Shown piece by piece: positions 18,259 through 29,165 of a stretch of DNA of 42,498 nt. Where the stretch lies: positions 1 through 42,498 of IMG/VR virus record IMGVR_UViG_3300005836_000027; one strand, 5' to 3'. The DNA is from a virus. The notes beneath the pieces are model-generated. The model ran no database searches and had not been told where the DNA came from. It saw only the letters and a list, made by a program, of their open reading frames with translations. Made by a program: the position numbers and the translations under genes. Position 1 is the stretch's first letter. Each line of letters opens with the position of its first letter.

Positions 18259-19227
18259 ATGGCAACACCTTGGGGTAGTGGAACAGGCGGAGGAATAGAG
18301 GCTCAGCGATGGTACGCGAACCGGGACTTTCAGGAGATTTTCGGGAGAGCGCCTTCGGAAGCGGAGTTGTCTCAATTTCAAGCGGCGTATGATTCTGGCG
18401 ATATCAATAAAGCCAATGTCTCAGGCGGGCGCTCGTCCATCGCTCAATACTACCAGTCTCAGGAGAACACGCCTGATAAACAATACGCCAGACAACAGGC
18501 GGGATACGAAGCAAAAGCCCCTGAGTTTTATGGACAAATTGACAAGATGTTCCAAGGAACGCTTGGGCGTGATGCAACCGACGCAGAGCGAAAGCATTTT
18601 GGATCGTTGCTCGCATCCGGGCAAGTGGATGAGTACGGAGTTGGACAATTCCTACAAGCGCTCCCAGAGAACGTCAAAAAACAGGACACCGAATTCAGGA
18701 ATCAATTAAGCGGAGAACTTCAGAAGCAGGACGCTCAGTATTACAACGAACAAATCATGCCCGGGATTCAGTCGGCGTTTGCCCAGCAGGGCCGTGACCC
18801 AAGATCATCGGGTTTTGCCAATTCGCTCGCGCTTGCCGCACAGGGTCAGAACAGGCAGAGAGAAGGGTTTCTCTCGAACCTATCGGCTCAACAGTACGGC
18901 GGAAGTCAGAATTTAGCTCAGAGGGATTATTTGAACGCTTACGGTCAATATACGGGGTTGCAGGATTATTCGCGTCAACGTTCCGCGCAACTTCAGGACG
19001 CGACGACCGGTCGAGTGAATGAGTTGCAGAACTACGCCCTTCAGAGATCGGCTTATGACGATTACTTGAGACGATATGGGAAACGGTCTAACGCGCAAGG
19101 GATCGGAAGTCTGGCAGGTGGTATTGCTGGCATGGGCGGCGCATTTTTGACAGGGAACCCCTCCGCCGCAGGAGTGGGGTATCAGATCGGCTCTGGTCTT
19201 GGCGGCGGGATAGGGAGCTTTTTCTAA
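18259..19227 (+). CDS. Gln-rich protein with two DUF4214-like segments and a C-terminal glycine-zipper tail
   Basis: The segments are IFGRAPSEAELSQF...SQE and LGRDATDAERKHFGSLLASGQV...LPE. The C-terminus is GIGSLAGGIAGMGGAFLTG...GSGLGGGIGSFF. It is a candidate internal or ejection protein. Confidence 0.45.
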   Translation: MATPWGSGTGGGIEAQRWYANRDFQEIFGRAPSEAELSQFQAAYDSGDINKANVSGGRSSIAQYYQSQENTPDKQYARQQAGYEAKAPEFYGQIDKMFQGTLGRDATDAERKHFGSLLASGQVDEYGVGQFLQALPENVKKQDTEFRNQLSGELQKQDAQYYNEQIMPGIQSAFAQQGRDPRSSGFANSLALAAQGQNRQREGFLSNLSAQQYGGSQNLAQRDYLNAYGQYTGLQDYSRQRSAQLQDATTGRVNELQNYALQRSAYDDYLRRYGKRSNAQGIGSLAGGIAGMGGAFLTGNPSAAGVGYQIGSGLGGGIGSFF

Positions 19228-19238
19228 GGAGAACTAAC

Positions 19239-20567
19239 ATGGCAGAACTAAGATTTAATCCCCCTGAGTGGCTCATTCAGGAATATATGAGACGAAAGCA
19301 ACCTGCGGAGATTGCCAACGAAGGCATCCAACAGGGCTTGCAGACGTATGCGACGATGAATCAACAGCAGAACACGCAACGCAACGCCGCTTCTAAAAAC
19401 CTTATTGATCTAATTGCCCAAGATCCTGAACTTTTAAAGACACCTTGGGGTCAGAAAATAGCACAACAAAGTGGTGCTAACTTGAGTGGATATCAACCGC
19501 CTTCTATTTCCAGTGGTACTGCTCCATCACCTCAAGTCGTGGCTCCTGAAATAGCACCACAAACTGCAGGAACAACTCCTATATCTGGTGGTTCACCCAT
19601 TATTGATCATTGGAATCAAAGCTCAGAACAACCCATGTCTCAAAATCCACAGAATCCACCATTGCCTAGAACACTTTCCGAAAGCGACATTATGGGTCTG
19701 ATGGGGCGCGGGAAATTAGGTAAAGCGGCTGTTGCTGATTATGCCACGGGGTTAGGCACGATCAAGACTCTTGAAGGAATGGGGAACAAGCGAATCCCTT
19801 TTGAGGACGTCACGACGACTTTTCAAGCGGCTAACGAGAATCCCATCGGTGAGAAGTTGATCTCTGATGCCAAGAAATCAGGGCTTTCGTATGTTCCTGA
19901 AGAGAAGATGAATCTTGCTCTTAGGGGTCTTGGCGTAAAGAATGCAGGGATGCGTGGTGGTGCGTTGGATTCTATGGCTCAGACGCGTGAATTATCTCTA
20001 AGAGATTCTCTTAACAAAGAAGCTCGAACCGTATTAAATCCCCTTTTCCAGACTGGCGAAGGGCGCAACCAGATGACGATTCTCAATCGAATAGGACGTG
20101 CAGAACCTCTTATTGACCAGATGCTTTCTCAGAAAAATGCAGGCGATAAGAGACAAATGCGCGAGCTGGCCGCTTCTTTAGACCGTATTATTCGTGGTGG
20201 AGGACAATCTGCTCAAAGTCAAATTGATGATTTGATGCCTGATACAGCAAGAGGAAAATTTGCTCATTGGCAAGAATGGTTCACCAATGATCCGACAGGA
20301 ACCGATCAGAAGGCATTTGTCAATCGTTATGCAGAGACACTGGCCAGAGAAAGGACAGCGGTTCAGGGGCAAGTAAAGTCGATGGCGGAAAAAAATGCTC
20401 CAACACTCAGGGTTCTCAAACAGCATTATCCTCAAGATTATCAGGCACACGTCTCTAGCGTCATGGACAATCCACAACTTGTGGGTGAAGCTATTTCTGG
20501 GAACTTAACACCGGCAGAACAGGAAGAATTAGCCATTCTAGAAAAACGTTTCGGAGGAAGACCATGA
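19239..20567 (+). CDS. Hypothetical virion or ejection-module protein
   Basis: 442-aa ORF with a Pro/Gln-rich linker region, lying between tail genes. Confidence 0.5.
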   Translation: MAELRFNPPEWLIQEYMRRKQPAEIANEGIQQGLQTYATMNQQQNTQRNAASKNLIDLIAQDPELLKTPWGQKIAQQSGANLSGYQPPSISSGTAPSPQVVAPEIAPQTAGTTPISGGSPIIDHWNQSSEQPMSQNPQNPPLPRTLSESDIMGLMGRGKLGKAAVADYATGLGTIKTLEGMGNKRIPFEDVTTTFQAANENPIGEKLISDAKKSGLSYVPEEKMNLALRGLGVKNAGMRGGALDSMAQTRELSLRDSLNKEARTVLNPLFQTGEGRNQMTILNRIGRAEPLIDQMLSQKNAGDKRQMRELAASLDRIIRGGGQSAQSQIDDLMPDTARGKFAHWQEWFTNDPTGTDQKAFVNRYAETLARERTAVQGQVKSMAEKNAPTLRVLKQHYPQDYQAHVSSVMDNPQLVGEAISGNLTPAEQEELAILEKRFGGRP

Positions 20568-21418
20568 GTGAGGAAGAAGATCGTGCAAGATATCGATATC
20601 TTCAGTTAAAAGCGAAGGCTCAAATTTCTATTCCACAGGAAGTGAATGCGCTAGAACAACCCGATTCTTCTATGTTAGATGTTGCTCAACAGGCTGGCAA
20701 AGAAGCCTTGATGCAACCAGGAACCTATATGCGAGATCTGGCGACTGACCCTATAACACAAGCCAAAGCATTACCTCCTTTAGCAGGAGTTGCTGGTGCT
20801 TTCATGGGCGGCCCATTCAGCATGACAAAAACACAACTTCCAGCGCGGGCTTTATCTGATGCTGCACTAGCGGCTTATGGAAGAAAAGAAGAAATCCCGT
20901 CTCCTATGGCTCATGCCGTAGAAGCGGCAACGACGGTTGGAGCAGATGTCTTAGCGATTCCTTTTGCTCATAAAGCTGTACGTGGCTCTCAAATTGGAGC
21001 AATAGAAAAAGCAGCAGGTGTCCCTCCTCCGCAAGATATTCCTAGTCTTCCACGACCGGCTGGCGCCGGCCCCGTTTCTGGGGCCATCGATGAAGCTATT
21101 GCATCTGTAAAACAAGGGGTTGATAAGTCGCCTTTATATTGGAAACAACTCAAGGATCAGATCAGCTGGTTTTATGAAAGAGGAAAAGATGCTGTTTTAT
21201 CTTCTGGTGACAGGCAAAAGCTGGCATGGTTATCTGGAGAGGTTCAGAAAGGTTTAAATGTGGCTGTTCCAGGTCGAGGACTTCCAGCCAGCCAGATGGC
21301 AAATGCTATGAAAGCTCCCAATGTAATTTCAAAGATGTATGGGAAGATTCCTCCCATAGTCAGAAGAACTGTGATCCCAATAACTATTTTAGAAGAGTAT
21401 ATGAGACGAAGGCATTAA
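20564..21418 (+). CDS. Hypothetical protein (structural module)
   Basis: 284-aa ORF, ATGA-coupled to the upstream gene. Confidence 0.5.
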   Translation: MSEEEDRARYRYLQLKAKAQISIPQEVNALEQPDSSMLDVAQQAGKEALMQPGTYMRDLATDPITQAKALPPLAGVAGAFMGGPFSMTKTQLPARALSDAALAAYGRKEEIPSPMAHAVEAATTVGADVLAIPFAHKAVRGSQIGAIEKAAGVPPPQDIPSLPRPAGAGPVSGAIDEAIASVKQGVDKSPLYWKQLKDQISWFYERGKDAVLSSGDRQKLAWLSGEVQKGLNVAVPGRGLPASQMANAMKAPNVISKMYGKIPPIVRRTVIPITILEEYMRRRH

Positions 21419-21433
21419 GAAAGGAATTAAATT

Positions 21434-21577
21434 ATGCCCTACAAAAGTGAAAAACAGAGATCTTTCTTCCATGCCGCTGCCCAGCGTGGAGAGATTTCGA
21501 AGAAAACTGTAGCCGAATGGGACAACGCTTCCAAAGGGAAGAAACTTCCTGAGAAAGCGAAAAAAGGAAAGAAATGA
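21434..21577 (+). CDS. Small basic protein, DUF3008-like (KSEKQRSFFHAAA motif)
   Basis: 47-aa ORF below the track cutoff, sequence MPYKSEKQRSFFHAAAQRGEISKKTVAEWDNASKGKKLPEKAKKGKK. Its stop overlaps the next ATG (ATGA). The motif recurs in small phage proteins. Confidence 0.5.
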   Translation: MPYKSEKQRSFFHAAAQRGEISKKTVAEWDNASKGKKLPEKAKKGKK

Positions 21578-21869
21578 ATACAGGGAAAGAAGCCGTACGA
21601 AGGCTCAATATCATGGTTTCCTCGGGGACTGGAACGGGGCTCGTGGTAAGTCAATGGGATTTGGCGAGGTGGGTGAGAGTCGTCCCGGTTAACGAGTCGG
21701 ACACTTTTGACGTGACGTTTAAGGATGGGGATGGGTTCATTATGGGGAAGTTTACAGGGCAGTCTGGAACTTTCTCATCGAGGCTTGAAATTAGTCTTGG
21801 AATTATGAAATCGGTCTTGATCGAGAACGCCGCGCAGGATGGCACATATATCTGTCTCTTTGATTTGCA

Positions 21870-21873
<4 letters not shown>
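21574..21873 (+). CDS. Hypothetical protein
   Basis: 99-aa ORF, coupled at both ends. Confidence 0.5.
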
Positions 21874-25265
<3,392 letters not shown>

Positions 25266-25269
<4 letters not shown>

Positions 25270-26459
25270 AAAGATTATTCTTTTTGATGAGTTGTCTTTC
25301 GGTTCCTACGTTTAGTCTGGCGACCGTCAAGAACTTAACGGGATTTGAGACAGGGGATACGCTCGAATTGAACTTATCTGCCGGAACCATGAGTATTCAG
25401 TCCACAACGAAACGGACAGGCGGATACGCTCTTCAAACAAATCCTACTACGACGAACACGGGGAGCGTGACTTTGAATGCTCAAGACAACGGAACCAATA
25501 CGACCTATGGCGCGGGAGTTATGTACTACCGATTTTATTTCCGTTACGGGACAAAGCCCTCCGCAGGAATGGAGCCCATCTTTCGCGTGGATGCCGCCGG
25601 ATCGGCATTAAAAGCGCAACTCAACATCAATTCCGGCGGGTTTATCGTTGTAGTAGATTCGGCTTCTGTGGCCATCAGTACAGGGACGACCGCACTGAGT
25701 GCCAATACCTGGTATAGGCTTGAGTTTACGTGCGGAGCAGGAGCTACTCCGCAGGCCTATGAACTAAAAATAGACGGGACATCGGAACTATCCGGAACGG
25801 CCTTTATGGGATCGGGGAATCATTCTGCTTCTTTGTTTGGAAAAACAACAAACTTTAATGGGAATACGGTCGATTTTTATTACGACGATTTTCTGGCCGA
25901 TACGGCTTCATTTCCGGGCGCAGGGCAGATTGAAACAATGATTGCCGATTCGACGGGGACTTATACCACATGGTCTATTGGGGCGGGTTCTGGCGCGCAA
26001 TGGGAACAAGTCGATGAAGTGCCGACGGATTCCAACACCACCTATTTACTTTCCACAAACACGGATGGGAATATCGTGAGCTTCGGGCTTGAATCGACGA
26101 CTAGCGCCGGCATATCAGGAACTATTAAAGCCGTCAAGGTTGTGAACATCGTTGCAAGGAACACGACAAACGGAAGTCTTGAGTCGCATCTTAGAAGCGG
26201 AGGGACGGATTCAGCTTCTGGTGCGGGATCAACCATTGCGGGCTATCAGGTCAGAACGGGTCTTGTTCTCGAAACCGACCCCTCGGATTCCTCGGCATGG
26301 ACAACCGCTGATTTGGATGCTGTTGAAATAGGGGCGGTTGAAAACAGCGGAACGGTTAAATCGCGTCTTTCCACAAGTTTTCTGTCCGTTGATTTTGCGC
26401 CATCCGTGGGCGGAAGCACTGCTCCTCCGATGGTACGACGGGTAATGGTTGTCCAATGA
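25266..26459 (+). CDS. Signal-peptide-bearing jelly-roll (LamG / concanavalin-like) receptor-binding candidate
   Basis: GTGA-coupled start. The N-terminus is (M)KRLFFLMSCLSVPTFSLA/TV. GFETGD...RTGGYAL and WYRLEF..YELKIDG resemble lectin-type beta-sandwich proteins. Confidence 0.45.
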
Positions 26460-26704
26460 TTCACGAAAGGGCAGACGATATTCCACAGTGGGTTAAATGG
26501 GGTCTGACGATATTCAACCGGGCTGGATTCCCAGCGATTGCCTTCGGTGTTTTGGCCTATCTTCTCTTCGTCAAGATGGAACAGCAGACAGATATGATCC
26601 ATAACTTTAACGTGACGCTTTCGGAAATGAAATCAGCGATGGACGCATCCAATGAAACGAACAAGCGATTGATTGAGGCGATTTACAGGACAAGGACGCG
26701 GTGA
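26456..26704 (+). CDS. Single-pass membrane protein (holin or lysis-accessory candidate)
   Basis: 82 aa, ATGA-coupled. The transmembrane segment is GFPAIAFGVLAYLLFV and the C-terminus is charged. Confidence 0.45.
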   Translation: MIHERADDIPQWVKWGLTIFNRAGFPAIAFGVLAYLLFVKMEQQTDMIHNFNVTLSEMKSAMDASNETNKRLIEAIYRTRTR

Positions 26705-26845
26705 GTGCCCGAGGACGAGTCATTACGGGCTTGTCCACTCTGCAAAGGAATATGCGAAGTCGAATGGTGCGTCCTTGACGGGATCTGGTGGGAATGTCGT
26801 CATTGTGGGATCAGGTTCAAAGATTATTCGACGGATTCACGATAA
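26705..26845 (+). CDS. Candidate 46-aa zinc-ribbon protein (CPLC...CRHC)
   Basis: GTG 26705 immediately follows the in-frame TGA of the upstream ORF. AAGGA lies 8 nt upstream. Below the ORF-track cutoff. Confidence 0.3.
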   Translation: MPEDESLRACPLCKGICEVEWCVLDGIWWECRHCGIRFKDYSTDSR

Positions 26846-26889
26846 GAATAGCGTTTCGATTTTGGGGGGTCAAGGCTTTGGAGCCTAAG

Positions 26890-27318
26890 ATGCAGGACGT
26901 GATGACGATTGAGCGCGAATGGTTTACGGACAAGTCTACGGAGGGCCGTCTCATGTTTGATGGAGTATTTTTCTGTTTTACGCTTGAGGATACATGCCGG
27001 AGACAAAAAGTTCATGGCTCGACGGCTATCCCTTCCGGACGCTATGAGATTGTTTTGGATTACTCGACACGCTTTAAGAAGATCATGCCGCATCTCTTAA
27101 ACGTTCCGAAGTTTGAAGGAATCCGTATTCATAGCGGCAATACGTCCGTAGACACGGACGGCTGTATCTTGGTCGGCATGAAACGTGGGTTAGACGTGAT
27201 TTATGAATCAAGACGCGCCTGTGAGCTTGTGATGAATGAAATTGAAGCGCGACTGAAGAAAGGGCCTGTCTACGTGGCGGTTGTGGGCGGCATCTCGAAA
27301 GATCAATTTGAGGCTTAA
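26890..27318 (+). CDS. DUF5675-like protein, candidate cell-wall hydrolase (YkuD-like H...GC motif)
   Basis: ATG 26890 has a GGAG 6 nt upstream. Motifs are TEGRLMFDGVFFCFTLED, IPSGRYEIVLDYS, LLNVPKFEGIRIHSGNTSVDTDGCILVG. The ORF track starts at 26788. Confidence 0.55.
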   Translation: MQDVMTIEREWFTDKSTEGRLMFDGVFFCFTLEDTCRRQKVHGSTAIPSGRYEIVLDYSTRFKKIMPHLLNVPKFEGIRIHSGNTSVDTDGCILVGMKRGLDVIYESRRACELVMNEIEARLKKGPVYVAVVGGISKDQFEA

Positions 27319-27551
27319 TGGTTAAAGTCATCACGATTGACCGCGAAGATTGCGAGTTCCTTTCGGAGAAGTTCAGGTCGCCACGATTTAAGAATGTTCG
27401 GTTTAAGACGTGCGAATCACCGTTTCATTACTGGGTGTTGGGGTCGGCGAGTGCGAGCCGGTGTCTTTGCGGTAGATACAGGTATACGAGATGCTACGAA
27501 AAAAACAAATGGCTGATTCGTCTTATTATTGCCAAAGAGGAGGGCCTGTGA
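27318..27551 (+). CDS. Hypothetical Cys-rich basic protein
   Basis: 77-aa ORF, TAATG-coupled to the upstream gene and GTGA-coupled to the downstream gene. Confidence 0.35.
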   Translation: MVKVITIDREDCEFLSEKFRSPRFKNVRFKTCESPFHYWVLGSASASRCLCGRYRYTRCYEKNKWLIRLIIAKEEGL

Positions 27552-28138
27552 AAAAATGGCTTGTACTTGTTGTTTCCGTTTTAGGGCTATCGAACGTTTA
27601 CGGAGATCCCACGCACGATAAACTGGTGGAAGCCATAAACGCGCTCTCGGGTGAAGTGATGACCCTTCAAGCCAAATTGATAGATCTTTCTCAGTCTCAG
27701 GCGAGTCTGCTTATTGCGGCGAGATCGGTTAATATCGGGCGTGCGTCTTTACTGGCGGGCGCGGTCGCATCAGGAAGTCCGGGCTCCAATGTCAGCTTTC
27801 CCATTTCGTTTGTGAAAGGGCCGGCGGGCGTAGCGGCTTTGCAATGGGATCTCGTGGTCCCGTCAAGCTTTACGGTTTTAAGTGTTACGGCGGGCCCCGT
27901 GGCGACGGCGGCGGGGAAGAGCGTTCAATATGTAATGAGTGGGAATGTGGCTCGCATTATTATCTTCGGACTTAATCAGGACGTGATCGAAACAGGCGTT
28001 GTCGCCATTGTGACCGTGCGCCCATTAGCGACAATCCCGAGAGGCACTTATCCCATCCCGGTACGCTCGCCAGTGGCTTCGAATGCGGCCGGTGGGAGTG
28101 TCCTTATTCTTGAAACGTCCGGGGCGGTGATTTTATGA
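27548..28138 (+). CDS. Secreted coiled-coil plus cohesin-like beta-sandwich protein
   Basis: GTG 27548 follows GAGGAGGG. The N-terminus is (M)KKWLVLVVSVLGLSNVYG/DP. The segment GSNVSFPISFVKGPAGVAALQWDLVVPSSFTVLSVTAGPVA...GTYPIPV resembles cohesin domains. Confidence 0.45.
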   Translation: MKKWLVLVVSVLGLSNVYGDPTHDKLVEAINALSGEVMTLQAKLIDLSQSQASLLIAARSVNIGRASLLAGAVASGSPGSNVSFPISFVKGPAGVAALQWDLVVPSSFTVLSVTAGPVATAAGKSVQYVMSGNVARIIIFGLNQDVIETGVVAIVTVRPLATIPRGTYPIPVRSPVASNAAGGSVLILETSGAVIL

Positions 28139-28452
28139 AAACACTTTCGGAAGTGGTAGCGGCGTGGTTGCTCGCGCCTATCTTAAATAAACTAAACACA
28201 ATGGAGGACACAATGAGCGCACTTAGCGACGCAATCGCAGTACTGCAAACAAACGTATCGGCACTAGGGACTCAGTTATCGACGGTGGCGGAGAGCTTGC
28301 TCACCGAGATTCAGGAAATTAACGCGAAGATCGAGGCGGGTTCAGTGACTCAGGCGGACTTGGATAACCTGACGGCACTTCAGGCGACTTTGGCCGGGAT
28401 GTCGGCAAATGTCACGCAACTTGATACGGACATCAAGAACATCATTCCGTAG
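28135..28452 (+). CDS. Coiled-coil protein with a weakly hydrophobic N-terminus (i-spanin-like or fibre-like)
   Basis: 105 aa, ATGA-coupled. It shows heptad-like sequence such as LSDAIAVLQTNVSALGTQLSTVAESLLTEIQEINAKIEAG. Confidence 0.45.
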   Translation: MKTLSEVVAAWLLAPILNKLNTMEDTMSALSDAIAVLQTNVSALGTQLSTVAESLLTEIQEINAKIEAGSVTQADLDNLTALQATLAGMSANVTQLDTDIKNIIP

Positions 28453-28712
28453 TGAACCGCATCAAACTATGGATTATTGAAAAGGGGGCTAATCGCATGA
28501 TCCAAAAGCTCGAAGGATACAAGACCCATGCCGTTCAGGTCGTGGCCGTCCTCGTGGGCGTTTCATGTTTCATCTGGGGCCCGATTGACTTGGGAAGTAT
28601 TCACTTGCCTAAAATCGAGTTCAAGGAGTTGCTTGAAATTCTGCAAATCGGAGGCGGCCTTTCGTTTCTGAGAATGGCCCTTAACAAAAAAACGGAGGAA
28701 CCACCACAATGA
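28452..28712 (+). CDS. Putative holin-type membrane protein
   Basis: The pattern LEGYKTHAVQVVAVLVGVSCFIWGPIDLG...LQIGGGLSFLRMALNKK resembles small phage holins. The start is GTG 28452 or ATG 28498. Confidence 0.45.
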   Translation: MNRIKLWIIEKGANRMIQKLEGYKTHAVQVVAVLVGVSCFIWGPIDLGSIHLPKIEFKELLEILQIGGGLSFLRMALNKKTEEPPQ

Positions 28713-29119
28713 AGAAATTGCTTATAGTAAGTTTAGCGAGCTTAGGGATTCTTTGTAATGTCCCTAAACTTTCCATAGCTGATGACGCGGCGTTCTTTAA
28801 GATCGGTCCTTTGTCACTAAACGTTCCCTTTAAGACAGGTATGGTTACTTATATGTATGACTTTAATGCAAATAAGAATCTTATCGGAGGGGAAACGATA
28901 CTGGCGACTGTATGGGATCGTGTGGAGGGAACCCTGGGAGCCGTGACGAGCTTGGACGGACAGGGAACGCCTTTTGTGGGAGGAAATATCCTGCTTGGGA
29001 ATCTGCTTGATCGGTGGGTGACGCTTCCTTCGGACATTCGGATCGGAGGATTTGGCGGATATGATTTTAACGCTGAAACTCCAATCTATGGGTTAAAGGC
29101 CAGCTATAAGCTCTGGTAG
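28709..29119 (+). CDS. Secreted beta-rich protein with a C-terminal aromatic residue (small outer-membrane beta-barrel-like)
   Basis: The N-terminus is MKKLLIVSLASLGILCNVPKLSIA/DD. Alternating hydrophobic segments are present and the protein ends ...YGLKASYKLW. ATGA-coupled. Confidence 0.4.
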   Translation: MKKLLIVSLASLGILCNVPKLSIADDAAFFKIGPLSLNVPFKTGMVTYMYDFNANKNLIGGETILATVWDRVEGTLGAVTSLDGQGTPFVGGNILLGNLLDRWVTLPSDIRIGGFGGYDFNAETPIYGLKASYKLW

Positions 29120-29165
29120 TAAATCACTGATCCAAAAAGAGAGTATACTTCTATAGATAGAATCT

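Noticed and set aside
28709-29119. Lipoprotein or o-spanin assignment for the 136-aa secreted protein (Cys in SLGILCNV)
   Set aside because: The residues preceding Cys (G-I-L) violate the lipobox requirement for a small residue at -1. A signal-peptidase-I site (SIA/DD) further downstream fits better.
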